From Clostridia bacterium (GTDB lineage: Bacteria; Bacillota; Clostridia; Christensenellales; Aristaeellaceae): 43,375 bases of DNA. Position numbers and translations under genes: made by a program. Each line of letters starts with the position of its first letter. Position 1 is the first letter of the stretch. The DNA is taken from the NCBI GenBank assembly GCA_045601625.1, contig JAZSAA010000200.1:1-43375 (forward strand), given 5' to 3'. Below the pieces are notes generated by a model that was not told the DNA's origin, did not search any database, and saw only the letters and a program-made list of their open reading frames with translations. Positions 26,708 through 35,542 of this stretch are shown one piece after another.

Positions 26708-27272
26708 TCGTCCCCGGCCACTCATAGCCGTCGACCTCCAGTTCAAACTGGCCGAGTATGCGCCCGACGGTATGGGCGGTGCATTCCTCGACTGTCGAGG
26801 GCCTTCGGTAGTAGGCCGGCACGGGCGGCAGGATCACCGCGCCCAGCCGGCTGGCCTCGTACAGGTTGCGCAGGTGAACGGTGGACAGCGGCGTCTCCCG
26901 CGCCACCAATACCAGCTTCCTGCGCTCCTTCAGGCACACGTCCGCCGTGCGCAGCAGCAGGTTGTCGCTGTAGCCCGAGACGATGCCCGCCACGGTCTTC
27001 ATGCTGCACGGCACGACGATCATGCCCATGGTCCTGAACGAACCGCTGGCGATACACCCGCCGATGGCGTCGATGTCGTGCCACGCGGCGGCCATCGCCT
27101 TCAGCTGTTCGACGGTGGTGTCGCACTCCGCCTCCAGCGTCATCTCCGCGCCCTTCGTCATCACCAAATGCGTCTCCACCTCGGGATGGCGCCGGTTCAG
27201 CTGTCTCAGCAGTTCCACAGCCAGCGGCGCGCCGGACGCGCCGCTCATGCCCACGATCAAACGCTTAGCCAT
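26694..27272 (-). CDS. ubiX: Flavin prenyltransferase UbiX (LpdB/BsdB-type decarboxylase B subunit)
   Basis: 192 aa from MAKRLIVGMSGASGAPLAVELLRQL. Canonical UbiX/Pad1 motifs are present. The ATG overlaps the ubiD stop (ATGGCTAA, 8 nt). Confidence 0.93.
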   Translation of the reverse strand: MAKRLIVGMSGASGAPLAVELLRQLNRRHPEVETHLVMTKGAEMTLEAECDTTVEQLKAMAAAWHDIDAIGGCIASGSFRTMGMIVVPCSMKTVAGIVSGYSDNLLLRTADVCLKERRKLVLVARETPLSTVHLRNLYEASRLGAVILPPVPAYYRRPSTVEECTAHTVGRILGQFELEVDGYEWPGTNGHG

Positions 27273-28737
27273 GCAGCCACTCCTCCGGGTCGAGCGCCAT
27301 GAACGGCGCGCGAATGAATCGGTCCTTCTGGTCAAAGGGAACGGTGCAGTCGAATATGGTCTTGCAGGAGATGCCCACATCCCGTATGGACGGGCTGTAT
27401 TCCGGGCTGGAGCTGGGGTCCAGCGGATGGCAGCGCACGCCGGGAATCGTGATGATGTCCCGGTCCCCCTGGAAGCGGGTGTTCATGGCCCAGAGCACGT
27501 CGTCGGTGTCGAAGATGTCCACGTCCTCGTCCACCAGGATCACGTGCTTGAGCTCCGGGAACGCCGAAAACGCCAGCATGGCCGCCTGCCGCTGCTTGCC
27601 CTCGTCGGTGCGCACGGTCTTCCTGCACTGGAGGATGGCCATATACTTGCCACCGCCCGAGCGATGGGCGTACACATTGGTCACCTTGCCGGGCAGCGCG
27701 CGGTCGATCAGGCTGAATATGCTGGCCTCGGTGGGCAGGCCCGCCATGTTCACGTGCTCCTCGCTGGGGCCGATGCAGGTCTGCATGATGGGGTGTTCCC
27801 GATGGGTCACGGCCTTCACCTTCAGCAGCCAGCACTCGTGGCTGGCCCTGCCGTTGTAGCCGGGGAACTCCGGCATGGCGTAGCCGGTATGGGAATTCTG
27901 GTCCTCCACCACGTGGTTGCTGCCGGGCAGGATCTCGCCTTCGATCACGTACTCGGCGTTGGCGATGGCCTGCTCGTTCACCGTGAGGCACTTCACCATC
28001 TTCACCGGCTCGCCCCGCAGCGCCCCGGCGATGGACAGCTCGTTGAAGCCCAGCGGCGTGGTCGGCGGCTCGAAGCAGGAGCACACCGACACCGCGGGAT
28101 CGACGCCGATGGACACCGAAATGGGCAGGGGCGCGCCCAGCTCCGTCGCCCGCTCGGCCATCGCGCCGATGTGGCGGCTGCCCGGCTGGAGGAAGATGGA
28201 CAGCTCGTCCTTCGACTGGATGCACATTCGGTGGATGGTGACGTCGGAAAGGCCGGTGTCCGGATGGGTGGCGTAGCACATGCCCAGGGTGATGTAGGGC
28301 CCGGCGTCCAGCGGCGTGTTGGTCGGCGCGGGGATCAGCCGGTTCAGGTCGAAGCCCGCGTCCGTCGCCAGGTGCACCACCTGCTGGCACGGCGCGGGGC
28401 CCTCCGTCAGCTCGGGCATGACGGGATGCTCCGCGCAGCGGCGGATGACGTGGGCCAGCTCCTCCTTTTTGCAGCCGAACAGCCTCGCCACCCGCGCCCG
28501 GGAAGCCATCACGCCGATGGCCACGGAAGCCTCCGGGTGGCCCTTGACGTTGTGGAAGATCATCGCGGGGCCGTCCACGGTCGTCGGACGCCGCACGGTG
28601 CCGCCCGCGCCCACGTAGCGGTACACGCCCGAGAGCTGGGCGGAGGGGTCCACCTCCACGTGGGTCTCAATCAGCTGCCCCGGTATCCCCCTGAGCATGT
28701 CCAGCGCGTCGCGCAGGCTGGTGATCTTCCGGTCCAT
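27265..28737 (-). CDS. lpdC: UbiD-family non-oxidative hydroxyarylic acid decarboxylase, C subunit (gallate/protocatechuate decarboxylase LpdC/BsdC-like)
   Basis: 490 aa. VEVDPSAQLSGVYRYVGAGGTVRRPT, PAPTNTPLDAGPYITLG, IGPSEEHVNMAGLPTEASI and ILVDEDVDIFD blocks match this UbiD subgroup. Gallate as the substrate is inferred from the adjacent tannase. Confidence 0.85.
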   Translation of the reverse strand: MDRKITSLRDALDMLRGIPGQLIETHVEVDPSAQLSGVYRYVGAGGTVRRPTTVDGPAMIFHNVKGHPEASVAIGVMASRARVARLFGCKKEELAHVIRRCAEHPVMPELTEGPAPCQQVVHLATDAGFDLNRLIPAPTNTPLDAGPYITLGMCYATHPDTGLSDVTIHRMCIQSKDELSIFLQPGSRHIGAMAERATELGAPLPISVSIGVDPAVSVCSCFEPPTTPLGFNELSIAGALRGEPVKMVKCLTVNEQAIANAEYVIEGEILPGSNHVVEDQNSHTGYAMPEFPGYNGRASHECWLLKVKAVTHREHPIMQTCIGPSEEHVNMAGLPTEASIFSLIDRALPGKVTNVYAHRSGGGKYMAILQCRKTVRTDEGKQRQAAMLAFSAFPELKHVILVDEDVDIFDTDDVLWAMNTRFQGDRDIITIPGVRCHPLDPSSSPEYSPSIRDVGISCKTIFDCTVPFDQKDRFIRAPFMALDPEEWLHG

Positions 28738-28755
28738 ATTCCAACCTCCCGTTTT

Positions 28756-30420
28756 TCATTTGCAGATCGCGTCGATCCAGTCCAGCACCTCGCCGGGATA
28801 GTCCGCGTCGCAATGGGGCTGATCCCACACCAGGGCGTAGTCCACGGCATGACCGGCGTTTTGCAGCCGAAGGGCCAGCGTCATGGAGACGGTGAAGGCG
28901 GTGTCGGCGTCGGACGCGCCCACGCGGATGCGGAAGCGCCGCGCCTTCTTCCCCCGGCCATCGTCGATGTAGTTCATGGGATTGAACACCCGGATGCGTT
29001 CCAAGAGCTTATCGTCGCCCAGGATCTCGTCGTAGCCTGGCTTGTACAGCGCCGCCTCCTGGGGAAAGTCCGCCGCCAATGCGCCGATGGCCGCCCCGAT
29101 CTGCCCGTCAAAATGGCGGTTGGCATGGGTGCCATCGCCAAACACATCGTTCTCGCCGCTGTCACAGGTCAGCTTGTCGAAGGATGTGCATGGCTTCATG
29201 CGCCGGCGATGGTTCAGCACGTAGGTGTCCAGGTCGGCGATCGCCGCCCGGGAGCCGTCCCAGCTGAGCCACGCCCGCTTGTCCGTCCCCTGGCGGGTCT
29301 CCATGGGCAGCTTCATCTCGTTGAACGGCACGCCCCTCGGCGGGCGCAGCATCATCTCGCCCACGGTCAGGCGCTTCTGCGCGACGCCGCCGGCGTTCGG
29401 GCCCACGTGGTGCAGGTCGGGATTGTCGGGCTTTTCGGGCTTCGCGGGGGCCTGGAAGGTGTAGTTGCCGGCGATGTAGTCCGCCGCGCCGTCTCCCTTC
29501 TTCTTCAGAAACTTCGCCGCGGACGCGCCCAGCAGGGCCATCAGGTAATCGTAGAAGCCGCCGCTTCGACCGTCGGGGTTCAGCGTCAGCGCCGCGCCGG
29601 TGGCGGGATGGCGCAGGTTCAGCCCGTTCACGTAGTCGATATAACGGGCGGCCAGCGCCTTCGACAGCGCCGCCTTGAAGGGCGTCATGGTCTCAGCCAT
29701 GCCCGCCGGGGAATCCTCGCAGGTCGCGTCCGCGCCGAAGCACCACTCGTAGGCCAGGTCGGCGTGCTCCAGGTCGATGATCGGGCAGTAGATCTGTGAG
29801 GCGAACATGGCGTCGCTCTCGTCCATGAAGGCCCCGGCCTCCCGCAGGTAGTCCTCGTAGTCCGGGTGGTCGCCGGTCACGCCCAGTAGCGCGCTCATGG
29901 CCCCGCCGGCGCTGACGCCGCAGGAGATCATCCGGTCCCAGTCCCCCGGCAGCGCGCCGCGGTTGTGGCGCAGGAACCGCACGGCCATCTTGGTATCGAC
30001 CAGCGTGACGGGCGCCTTGCCCACCGGTTCCCCCGCCGCGTTGCGGGATTCCCGGCCCCGGCAGCCCGCGGTGACGTAGACCATGCCGCGCCCGATGTAC
30101 TTTTCCCCGTCGCAGCGCGGGCCGCCCAGCCACTTGTGTGGCATCTGCATGTAGCCCGCCGCGTTGGTCTCGAACAGCACCGGCGCTGTCCGGGCGGTAT
30201 AACCGCAGCATTCCCCCGCCGGGTTCACCGTGCCGTCGGCGTTCATATAGGCCTTCGGTGCGTAGACCGACAGCCGCTGGAAGGCGGGCGCATCCGCCCT
30301 GGGGCTGTAGAGCACGTCCTCCAGGCACCAGCAGCCGTACTTTTCATCGAAGAACCACCTGTCCCGGCAGTCGGCCAGCTCCATGGTATCGTTGACGATA
30401 TTGATTATAGCATTGTTCAT
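28756..30420 (-). CDS. tanB: Subtype B tannase (tannin acyl hydrolase), intracellular
   Basis: GKAPVTLVDTKMAVRFLRHNRGALPGDWDRMISCGVSAGG (GxSxG), YCPIIDLEHADLAYEW and the C-terminal RIRVGASDADT...WDQPHCDADYPGEVLDWIDAICK parallel Lactiplantibacillus plantarum TanB. No signal peptide. The start was taken at MNNAII (ATG 30420); the ORF-track GTG at 30432 has no RBS spacing. Confidence 0.88.
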   Translation of the reverse strand: MNNAIINIVNDTMELADCRDRWFFDEKYGCWCLEDVLYSPRADAPAFQRLSVYAPKAYMNADGTVNPAGECCGYTARTAPVLFETNAAGYMQMPHKWLGGPRCDGEKYIGRGMVYVTAGCRGRESRNAAGEPVGKAPVTLVDTKMAVRFLRHNRGALPGDWDRMISCGVSAGGAMSALLGVTGDHPDYEDYLREAGAFMDESDAMFASQIYCPIIDLEHADLAYEWCFGADATCEDSPAGMAETMTPFKAALSKALAARYIDYVNGLNLRHPATGAALTLNPDGRSGGFYDYLMALLGASAAKFLKKKGDGAADYIAGNYTFQAPAKPEKPDNPDLHHVGPNAGGVAQKRLTVGEMMLRPPRGVPFNEMKLPMETRQGTDKRAWLSWDGSRAAIADLDTYVLNHRRRMKPCTSFDKLTCDSGENDVFGDGTHANRHFDGQIGAAIGALAADFPQEAALYKPGYDEILGDDKLLERIRVFNPMNYIDDGRGKKARRFRIRVGASDADTAFTVSMTLALRLQNAGHAVDYALVWDQPHCDADYPGEVLDWIDAICK

Positions 30421-30658
30421 GGCATATGTCACCCCCTGAGCATATTATTTCAGAATCGCCCAAATGGCGAAATGACAGCCCGCTTTGACGCCGCGGAACC
30501 CCTCCGGCCCTGCTGCCGGCAGGCCCACCTCCCCTTTCAGGGGAGGCTCTGTCTATGCAGCTGCAACGGCAGCGCTTCTCCTGAGAGGAGAGGCGCCGGG
30601 CAAAGTGAGTCGAAGGGTTCCGGACAATCCGGCGCTCTGAGCAGTAACGGCGGTCTGT

Positions 30659-31642
30659 TTACGCCGCGGCCCTCTCCTCCTTGCGCCTGTTGGCGGCGAT
30701 GGCCCGGCGCTTGATCTGGAAGGCGTCGAACCACATCACCAGCAGCATGATCGCGCCCTTGGCGATGTACTGGTAGTAGGTGTTCAGGCCGGCCAGCTGC
30801 ATGCCGTTGGTAAGCAGGCCCATGATCAGCACGCCCGCGATGCAGTTGGCGATCTTGCCGTCGCCGCCGCGTACGGAGACGCCGCCCACCAGCACGCCGG
30901 TCAGCACGGTGATCTCGGTGCCGGCCGCGGTGGAGGCAGCCGCCGCGCCCACGCGGCTGGTGAGGATCAGCGCGCCCAGGCCGCAGAAGAAGCCCGCGAT
31001 GCAGCCGATGGCATACTTCATGCGCTTGACGTTGATGCCCGCCAGCCGCGCGGCGTTCTCATTGCCGCCCAGGGCGAACACATAGCGGCCGAAGTAGGTG
31101 CGGTCCATGACGATGCTCATCACGACGCCGAACACCACCATGATCAGCGTGGCGTAGGTCAGGGACGGGTGCAACACGGTGCCCTGGCCCAGCACCTTGA
31201 AGGACGCCGGCAGGCCGGAGATGGTCTTGGAGTTGGTGATGACGTAGGCCACGCCCTGGTACACGGTGCTCAGGCCGATGGACACGAAGATGCGGGGCAG
31301 CTGCAACAGCTGCTCCAGCAGCGTGCCCAGCGCGCCGAAGCAGACGGCTGCCAATATGGTAATGATGCAGGCGACGAACACCGGTACCCCGGCCAGGATC
31401 ATCATGGCCGCCATGACGCCGCAGATGGACATCATGTAGCCCACAGACATGTCCAGGCCGCCGGACATCATGATCAGCGCGATGCCGTAGGTGGCGATGA
31501 TGATGTAGGCGTTCTGATTGAGTATGTTCAGAAGGTTCGTCAGCGTCAGGAAGTTGTTGCTGGTAAAGGAGAAGATGATGCAGATGACCACCAGCAGCAC
31601 CCAGGCCAGGTTTTTCCGGCCGAAGTCAACGATCTTTTTCAT
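30659..31642 (-). CDS. ABC transporter permease, CUT2 (RbsC/AraH-like) family
   Basis: 327 aa with about 9-10 TM helices and typical ribose-type permease sequence (LNILNQNAYIIIATYGIALIMMSGGLDMSVG). Confidence 0.9.
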   Translation of the reverse strand: MKKIVDFGRKNLAWVLLVVICIIFSFTSNNFLTLTNLLNILNQNAYIIIATYGIALIMMSGGLDMSVGYMMSICGVMAAMMILAGVPVFVACIITILAAVCFGALGTLLEQLLQLPRIFVSIGLSTVYQGVAYVITNSKTISGLPASFKVLGQGTVLHPSLTYATLIMVVFGVVMSIVMDRTYFGRYVFALGGNENAARLAGINVKRMKYAIGCIAGFFCGLGALILTSRVGAAAASTAAGTEITVLTGVLVGGVSVRGGDGKIANCIAGVLIMGLLTNGMQLAGLNTYYQYIAKGAIMLLVMWFDAFQIKRRAIAANRRKEERAAA

Positions 31643-31660
31643 GTGTATATCCCCCTCTAT

Positions 31661-33145
31661 TCACATGCCAGAGGCCAGTTCGAGAACCCTGTCCTGGCTG
31701 AATTCGTCCTTTTGAAGCTCGCCCGCCACGACGCCCTCGTGGAGCACCACGATGCGGTCGGACATGCCCAGCAGCTCCTCCATCTCCGAGGAGATCATCA
31801 ATATGCTCTTGCCTTCCTCCACCAGCCGGTTCATCAGCAGGTAGATCTCCCGCTTCGCGCCGACGTCGATGCCACGGGTGGGCTCGTCGAAGATCAGCAC
31901 GTCGTTCTGGGCCGCCAGCACCTTGGCCACGACCACCTTCTGCTGGTTGCCGCCGGACAGGTTCTTCACCTGCTGCTTGACGGAGGGCGTCTTGACGTCC
32001 AGGGTCCTGACGTAGGTCCCGGTCAGCTCGTCGGCCTTTTTGAAGTCGATAAAGCCCATCCTGCTGATTTTCTTCATGCTCATGATGGGGATGTTCCACT
32101 CGATGGTGTATTCCAGGAACACGCCCTCGTTCTTGCGGTCCTCGGGCACCAGGCCGATGCCCGCCACCACGCCGTCGGCGGCGGAGGCGGCCTTCATGGG
32201 CCTGCCGTTGACGATGATCTGCCCCGAATCGGGCTTCACGTCGCCGCAGAGCATCTTGGCCAGCTCCGTCCTGCCCGCGCCCACCAGCCCGGCCAGGCCC
32301 AGGATCTCGCCCTTTTTCAGCTCCAGGTTGATGTGGAAGTCGCCGTTGCCGGTCAGGTCCTTCACCTGCAATACGGGCGCGCCCAGCTTCACGTTTCGCT
32401 CCGGGAACTTCTCGGTCAGCTCCCGGCCGATCATGTACTTGATCAGGTCCTGCTTGGTGATATCCGCCACGTTGCGGGTCACCACATACTGGCCGTCCCG
32501 GAATACCGTCACCCTGTCGCACAGCTCGAACAGCTCTTCCAGGCGGTGGCTGATGTAGATGATGGCCACGCCCTTTTCCTTCAGCCGCCGCACGATGCGA
32601 AACATGTTCTGCACCTCGGCCATGGGGATGGAGGCGCTGGGCTCGTCCATGATGAGCAGCTTGCAGTTCTTTACCACAGCCTTGGCGATCTCAACGATCT
32701 GCATCTGGGCGGTGGAGAGCATCTGCACCTGGGTGCTCACGTCGATCTTCACGCCCAGGTCGGCCATGACCTCCTCGGCCCGCCTGCGCATCTCCCTGAA
32801 ATCCGGCATGAACCGCCCGCCCAGCTTCTCGCCCAGGAAGATATTCTCCATGATGCTCAGCGAGGGCACGAGATTCAATTCCTGGTACACCACGCCCACG
32901 CCGGCGTCCCTGGCGATGGAGGGCGTCAGGCGCTCGTAGGGCTTGCCATCGATGACGATTGTGCCGCTGTCCGGGTTGATGGCCCCGGCGATGGTCTTGA
33001 TCACGGTGGACTTGCCCGCCCCGTTTTCGCCGATCAGCGCCAGGATCTCGCCGTACTCCACGTCGAAGGACACGTTGTCCAGCGCCACGACGCCCGGATA
33101 GGTCTTGGTCACGTTCTTTACCTCAAGAACCTTTGCCATATCCAT
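31661..33145 (-). CDS. ABC transporter ATP-binding protein, CUT2 family, duplicated ATPase (RbsA/MglA-like)
   Basis: 494 aa. Walker A motifs GENGAGKST and GLVGAGRTE, the CUT2-type LSxAQMQIVEIAKA, and the signature LSGGNQQKV are present. An alternative start at 33139 (MAKVLEV) has better RBS spacing. Confidence 0.93.
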   Translation of the reverse strand: MDMAKVLEVKNVTKTYPGVVALDNVSFDVEYGEILALIGENGAGKSTVIKTIAGAINPDSGTIVIDGKPYERLTPSIARDAGVGVVYQELNLVPSLSIMENIFLGEKLGGRFMPDFREMRRRAEEVMADLGVKIDVSTQVQMLSTAQMQIVEIAKAVVKNCKLLIMDEPSASIPMAEVQNMFRIVRRLKEKGVAIIYISHRLEELFELCDRVTVFRDGQYVVTRNVADITKQDLIKYMIGRELTEKFPERNVKLGAPVLQVKDLTGNGDFHINLELKKGEILGLAGLVGAGRTELAKMLCGDVKPDSGQIIVNGRPMKAASAADGVVAGIGLVPEDRKNEGVFLEYTIEWNIPIMSMKKISRMGFIDFKKADELTGTYVRTLDVKTPSVKQQVKNLSGGNQQKVVVAKVLAAQNDVLIFDEPTRGIDVGAKREIYLLMNRLVEEGKSILMISSEMEELLGMSDRIVVLHEGVVAGELQKDEFSQDRVLELASGM

Positions 33146-33220
33146 TTTCCTTTCGTCTGTCTTATGAAATGAGACTTTCCGGGAAAGCCTCGGAAAGTCT
33201 CGTCATTCCGCCGGTACGGA

Positions 33221-34210
33221 TCAGTTGGCCGGGAAGTAGTTGCCGATGGTCTCGGGGGTGATCTTGATGCACTCCTCGGAGTACACGGAATCCACCACGC
33301 GGTCCATCCAGGAGCCGTCCATCAGGTTGTAGCAGGTCATGGGGGTGCCCTCGCCCAGCATCACGGTGCCGCGCAGCACGGACTCGCCGGAGGCGGACTC
33401 GATGACCTTGTTGCGGATGAACTCGGCGGTATCGATGGTGAACACGGCGAACTCGTCCTTGTTGATGGCGCCGTTGATCATCGCGGCCTCGTTCGCGCCG
33501 GCGCCCTGGTCGGTGCCATAGGTCAGGATGGCCTTCAGGTTGGGATGGTTCATCAGCTCCATCTCGGCGTAGTTCTGGCCGGCCACGGAGCCGTCGGCCT
33601 GAGTAGTCTCATGCTCCTCGACGATGGTGACCTTCTTGTTGATGTCGGCGATGGTGCGCAGTCCGTCGCAGCGGGCCACGGCGTCCTCGTTCTCGGAATT
33701 GGTCAGCAGCGCGACCTCGATGGAGCCGTCCTCGGCGTCCGGGAAGGTGGCGTCGATCCACTCGGAGGCCAGCTCGGCCTCCACCGCGCCGGATTCGTAC
33801 TGGCTGATGGAGATGCACACGTCCGCGGCGTCCTTGTTGTCCAGCACCGTGCCGATGACGATGATGAACGCGCCGCTCTCGCGGGCCTTGATCAGGGTGT
33901 CGGTGATGGAGGAAGCGTCCACCACGAAGCAGATGATGTAGTCCATGCCCATGGAGACGAAGTTCTCGACGGTCTGGATCTGGGTCTGGGCGTTGCCGGC
34001 GGCGTCAGCGACGCTGTACTCCATGCCCCGCTCTGTGAAGTAGGCTTCCATCTGGTTGGACATGTCGGTAAAGAACTCGGAAGACATCATCAGGGCGGAA
34101 AAGCCCACCTTCTTGCCGGTCAAGTCAGCGCCGGAGGTCTCCGCCATCGCGGAAACAGACAGGGACAGCAGCATGGCAACCGCCAGCAGGATACCGAGGA
34201 TCTTCTTCAT
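33221..34210 (-). CDS. ABC transporter substrate-binding protein, periplasmic-binding-protein type I (RbsB-like)
   Basis: 329 aa from MKKILGILLAVAMLLSLSVSAMA, with GGAGGA upstream. The signal peptide has no lipobox Cys. The fold is LacI/RbsB-like (KVGFSALMMSSEFF..., IICFVVDASS, VIGTVLD). Confidence 0.88.
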   Translation of the reverse strand: MKKILGILLAVAMLLSLSVSAMAETSGADLTGKKVGFSALMMSSEFFTDMSNQMEAYFTERGMEYSVADAAGNAQTQIQTVENFVSMGMDYIICFVVDASSITDTLIKARESGAFIIVIGTVLDNKDAADVCISISQYESGAVEAELASEWIDATFPDAEDGSIEVALLTNSENEDAVARCDGLRTIADINKKVTIVEEHETTQADGSVAGQNYAEMELMNHPNLKAILTYGTDQGAGANEAAMINGAINKDEFAVFTIDTAEFIRNKVIESASGESVLRGTVMLGEGTPMTCYNLMDGSWMDRVVDSVYSEECIKITPETIGNYFPAN

Positions 34211-34307
34211 AAAACAATTCCTCCATTTCGCTATATTCTGCGGGTCGATCCGCAAAGGAAACCTTGTCGCAAAGTGACCGTCAACCGGTTCAACTTTGAT
34301 CGGCTTC

Positions 34308-34337
34308 ATTATAGCAAAATGGAGAAATCAGCTGCAA
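34308..34337 (-). promoter_or_regulatory. Candidate sigma-70 promoter of the ABC-tannase-decarboxylase block
   Basis: On the minus strand: TTGCAG (34337-34332), an 18-nt spacer, then TGC-TATAAT (TATAAT at 34313-34308). It lies about 95 nt upstream of the SBP ATG at 34210. Confidence 0.55.
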
Positions 34338-34357
34338 TTCTTTATTTTTCCGGGTAC

Positions 34358-34374
34358 GATTCCAGAATGGAATC
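34358..34374. promoter_or_regulatory. Perfect dyad GATTCCA-N3-TGGAATC containing a T-N11-A core: candidate LysR-type regulator recognition site
   Basis: GATTCCAGAATGGAATC is centred at 34366, about 65 nt upstream of the TSS predicted from the promoter at 34308-34337. It overlaps the lysR stop codon. Confidence 0.35.
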
Positions 34375-35293
34375 ATGTTGTCCCGTCCTCCGCCTCGAAC
34401 AGGCTGATGAAATACCGGGCGTATTCGGAAAGCGGCTCGTGCTTCAGGCAGGCGATGTACACCTCGGCGGTCACGGCGGGGCGGATGGGCACCACGGCGT
34501 ACTCGGTGCCGCTGCCCTGCCGGTTCTGCACGTGGGAGGAAAACATCAGCGCCGTGCGCCTGCCCTTGACCACCATGTCCAGCATGGCGTCGCGGTTGTG
34601 GCTGGTGAAGTCCACCCGGGGCACGAAGCCCGCCGTCTTGCAGGCCGACACGCAGAGATGGTAGGGCAGCGAGCCCTCCTTGATCAGCACGAAGGGGTCG
34701 TCGGAGAGCTGGCGCAGGTCCAGCTGCTTCTCCCCCGCAAGCGGATGGTCCAGCGGCAGCACGGCCACCAGCTCGTCCCGGCAGAAGGGGATTCGGCGCA
34801 GCATGTCCTCGCTGGCCGGGACCGACGAAGCGTCAAAGGCGTCCCGCGAGGTGCGCATGATCGCCAGGTCGCACCGGTGCTCCAGCAGCTCCTTTCGGAT
34901 GATGATGGAATCCGCCTCGCTGACGGCGATCTGCACTTCCGGGTATCGCCGCTGGAACTGGAGAAACTTCTCGGTGATGCTGTATTCCGGCAGGGCTGGA
35001 ATGGCGTTGATGCGCAGCACCTTCGCCTCGCTGTGAAGCATGCGGTAGGCCGCCTCCTCGTAGCTGCCCTTCACCCGCAGCAGGTCGTAGGCATAGGGCA
35101 GCAGCATCCGCCCGAAGGGCGTCAGCTCGAGCCGGTGGTAGCCCCGCTCAAACAGCGGCGAACCCAGCTCCTTCTCCATCGCCTTGATATGCTTCGACAG
35201 CGTGGATTGCGTCGTGTACAGCTTATCCGCCGCGTTTGAATAGTGCAGCGTCTCCGACAGCACGACAAATTCCAGAAACCAGTTCAGATCCAT
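34373..35293 (-). CDS. LysR-family transcriptional regulator
   Basis: 306 aa. The N-terminal wHTH is MDLNWFLEFVVLSETLHYSNAADKLYTTQSTLSKHIKAMEKELGSPLFER, followed by a typical LTTR effector domain. Confidence 0.93.
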   Translation of the reverse strand: MDLNWFLEFVVLSETLHYSNAADKLYTTQSTLSKHIKAMEKELGSPLFERGYHRLELTPFGRMLLPYAYDLLRVKGSYEEAAYRMLHSEAKVLRINAIPALPEYSITEKFLQFQRRYPEVQIAVSEADSIIIRKELLEHRCDLAIMRTSRDAFDASSVPASEDMLRRIPFCRDELVAVLPLDHPLAGEKQLDLRQLSDDPFVLIKEGSLPYHLCVSACKTAGFVPRVDFTSHNRDAMLDMVVKGRRTALMFSSHVQNRQGSGTEYAVVPIRPAVTAEVYIACLKHEPLSEYARYFISLFEAEDGTT

Positions 35294-35542
35294 GGCATCC
35301 TCCGGATTTGATTCTCACGCCCAAGGGCGTATTTCAAAAGCCCTGAACATGCAATTTCGGCGTCTTTTCCGCCAAAACTGCACTGTCTAATCTCAATCTA
35401 AATATGTACAAGCATGGGAGGGCATTTTTCGTCATACCAAGGCGAAGGCCCGCAGGCTTGCTGGCGGCAAGTCAAGGGGCTTCAACGCCGGTATGGCGAA
35501 AAAGGCACCGCAGGATTGTATAGGGTTAGGTTGAGATTAGTA

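Noticed and set aside
30433-30658. An intrinsic terminator or independent strong promoter in the 225-nt permease-tannase gap. Candidate hairpins are CCTCCCC-TGAAA-GGGGAGG and TCTCCT-CTC-AGGAGA.
   Set aside because: The hairpins are short and none is followed by a U-tract on the minus strand. No -35/-10 pair with acceptable spacing was found. I cannot decide from sequence alone whether the tannase is co-transcribed with the transporter.
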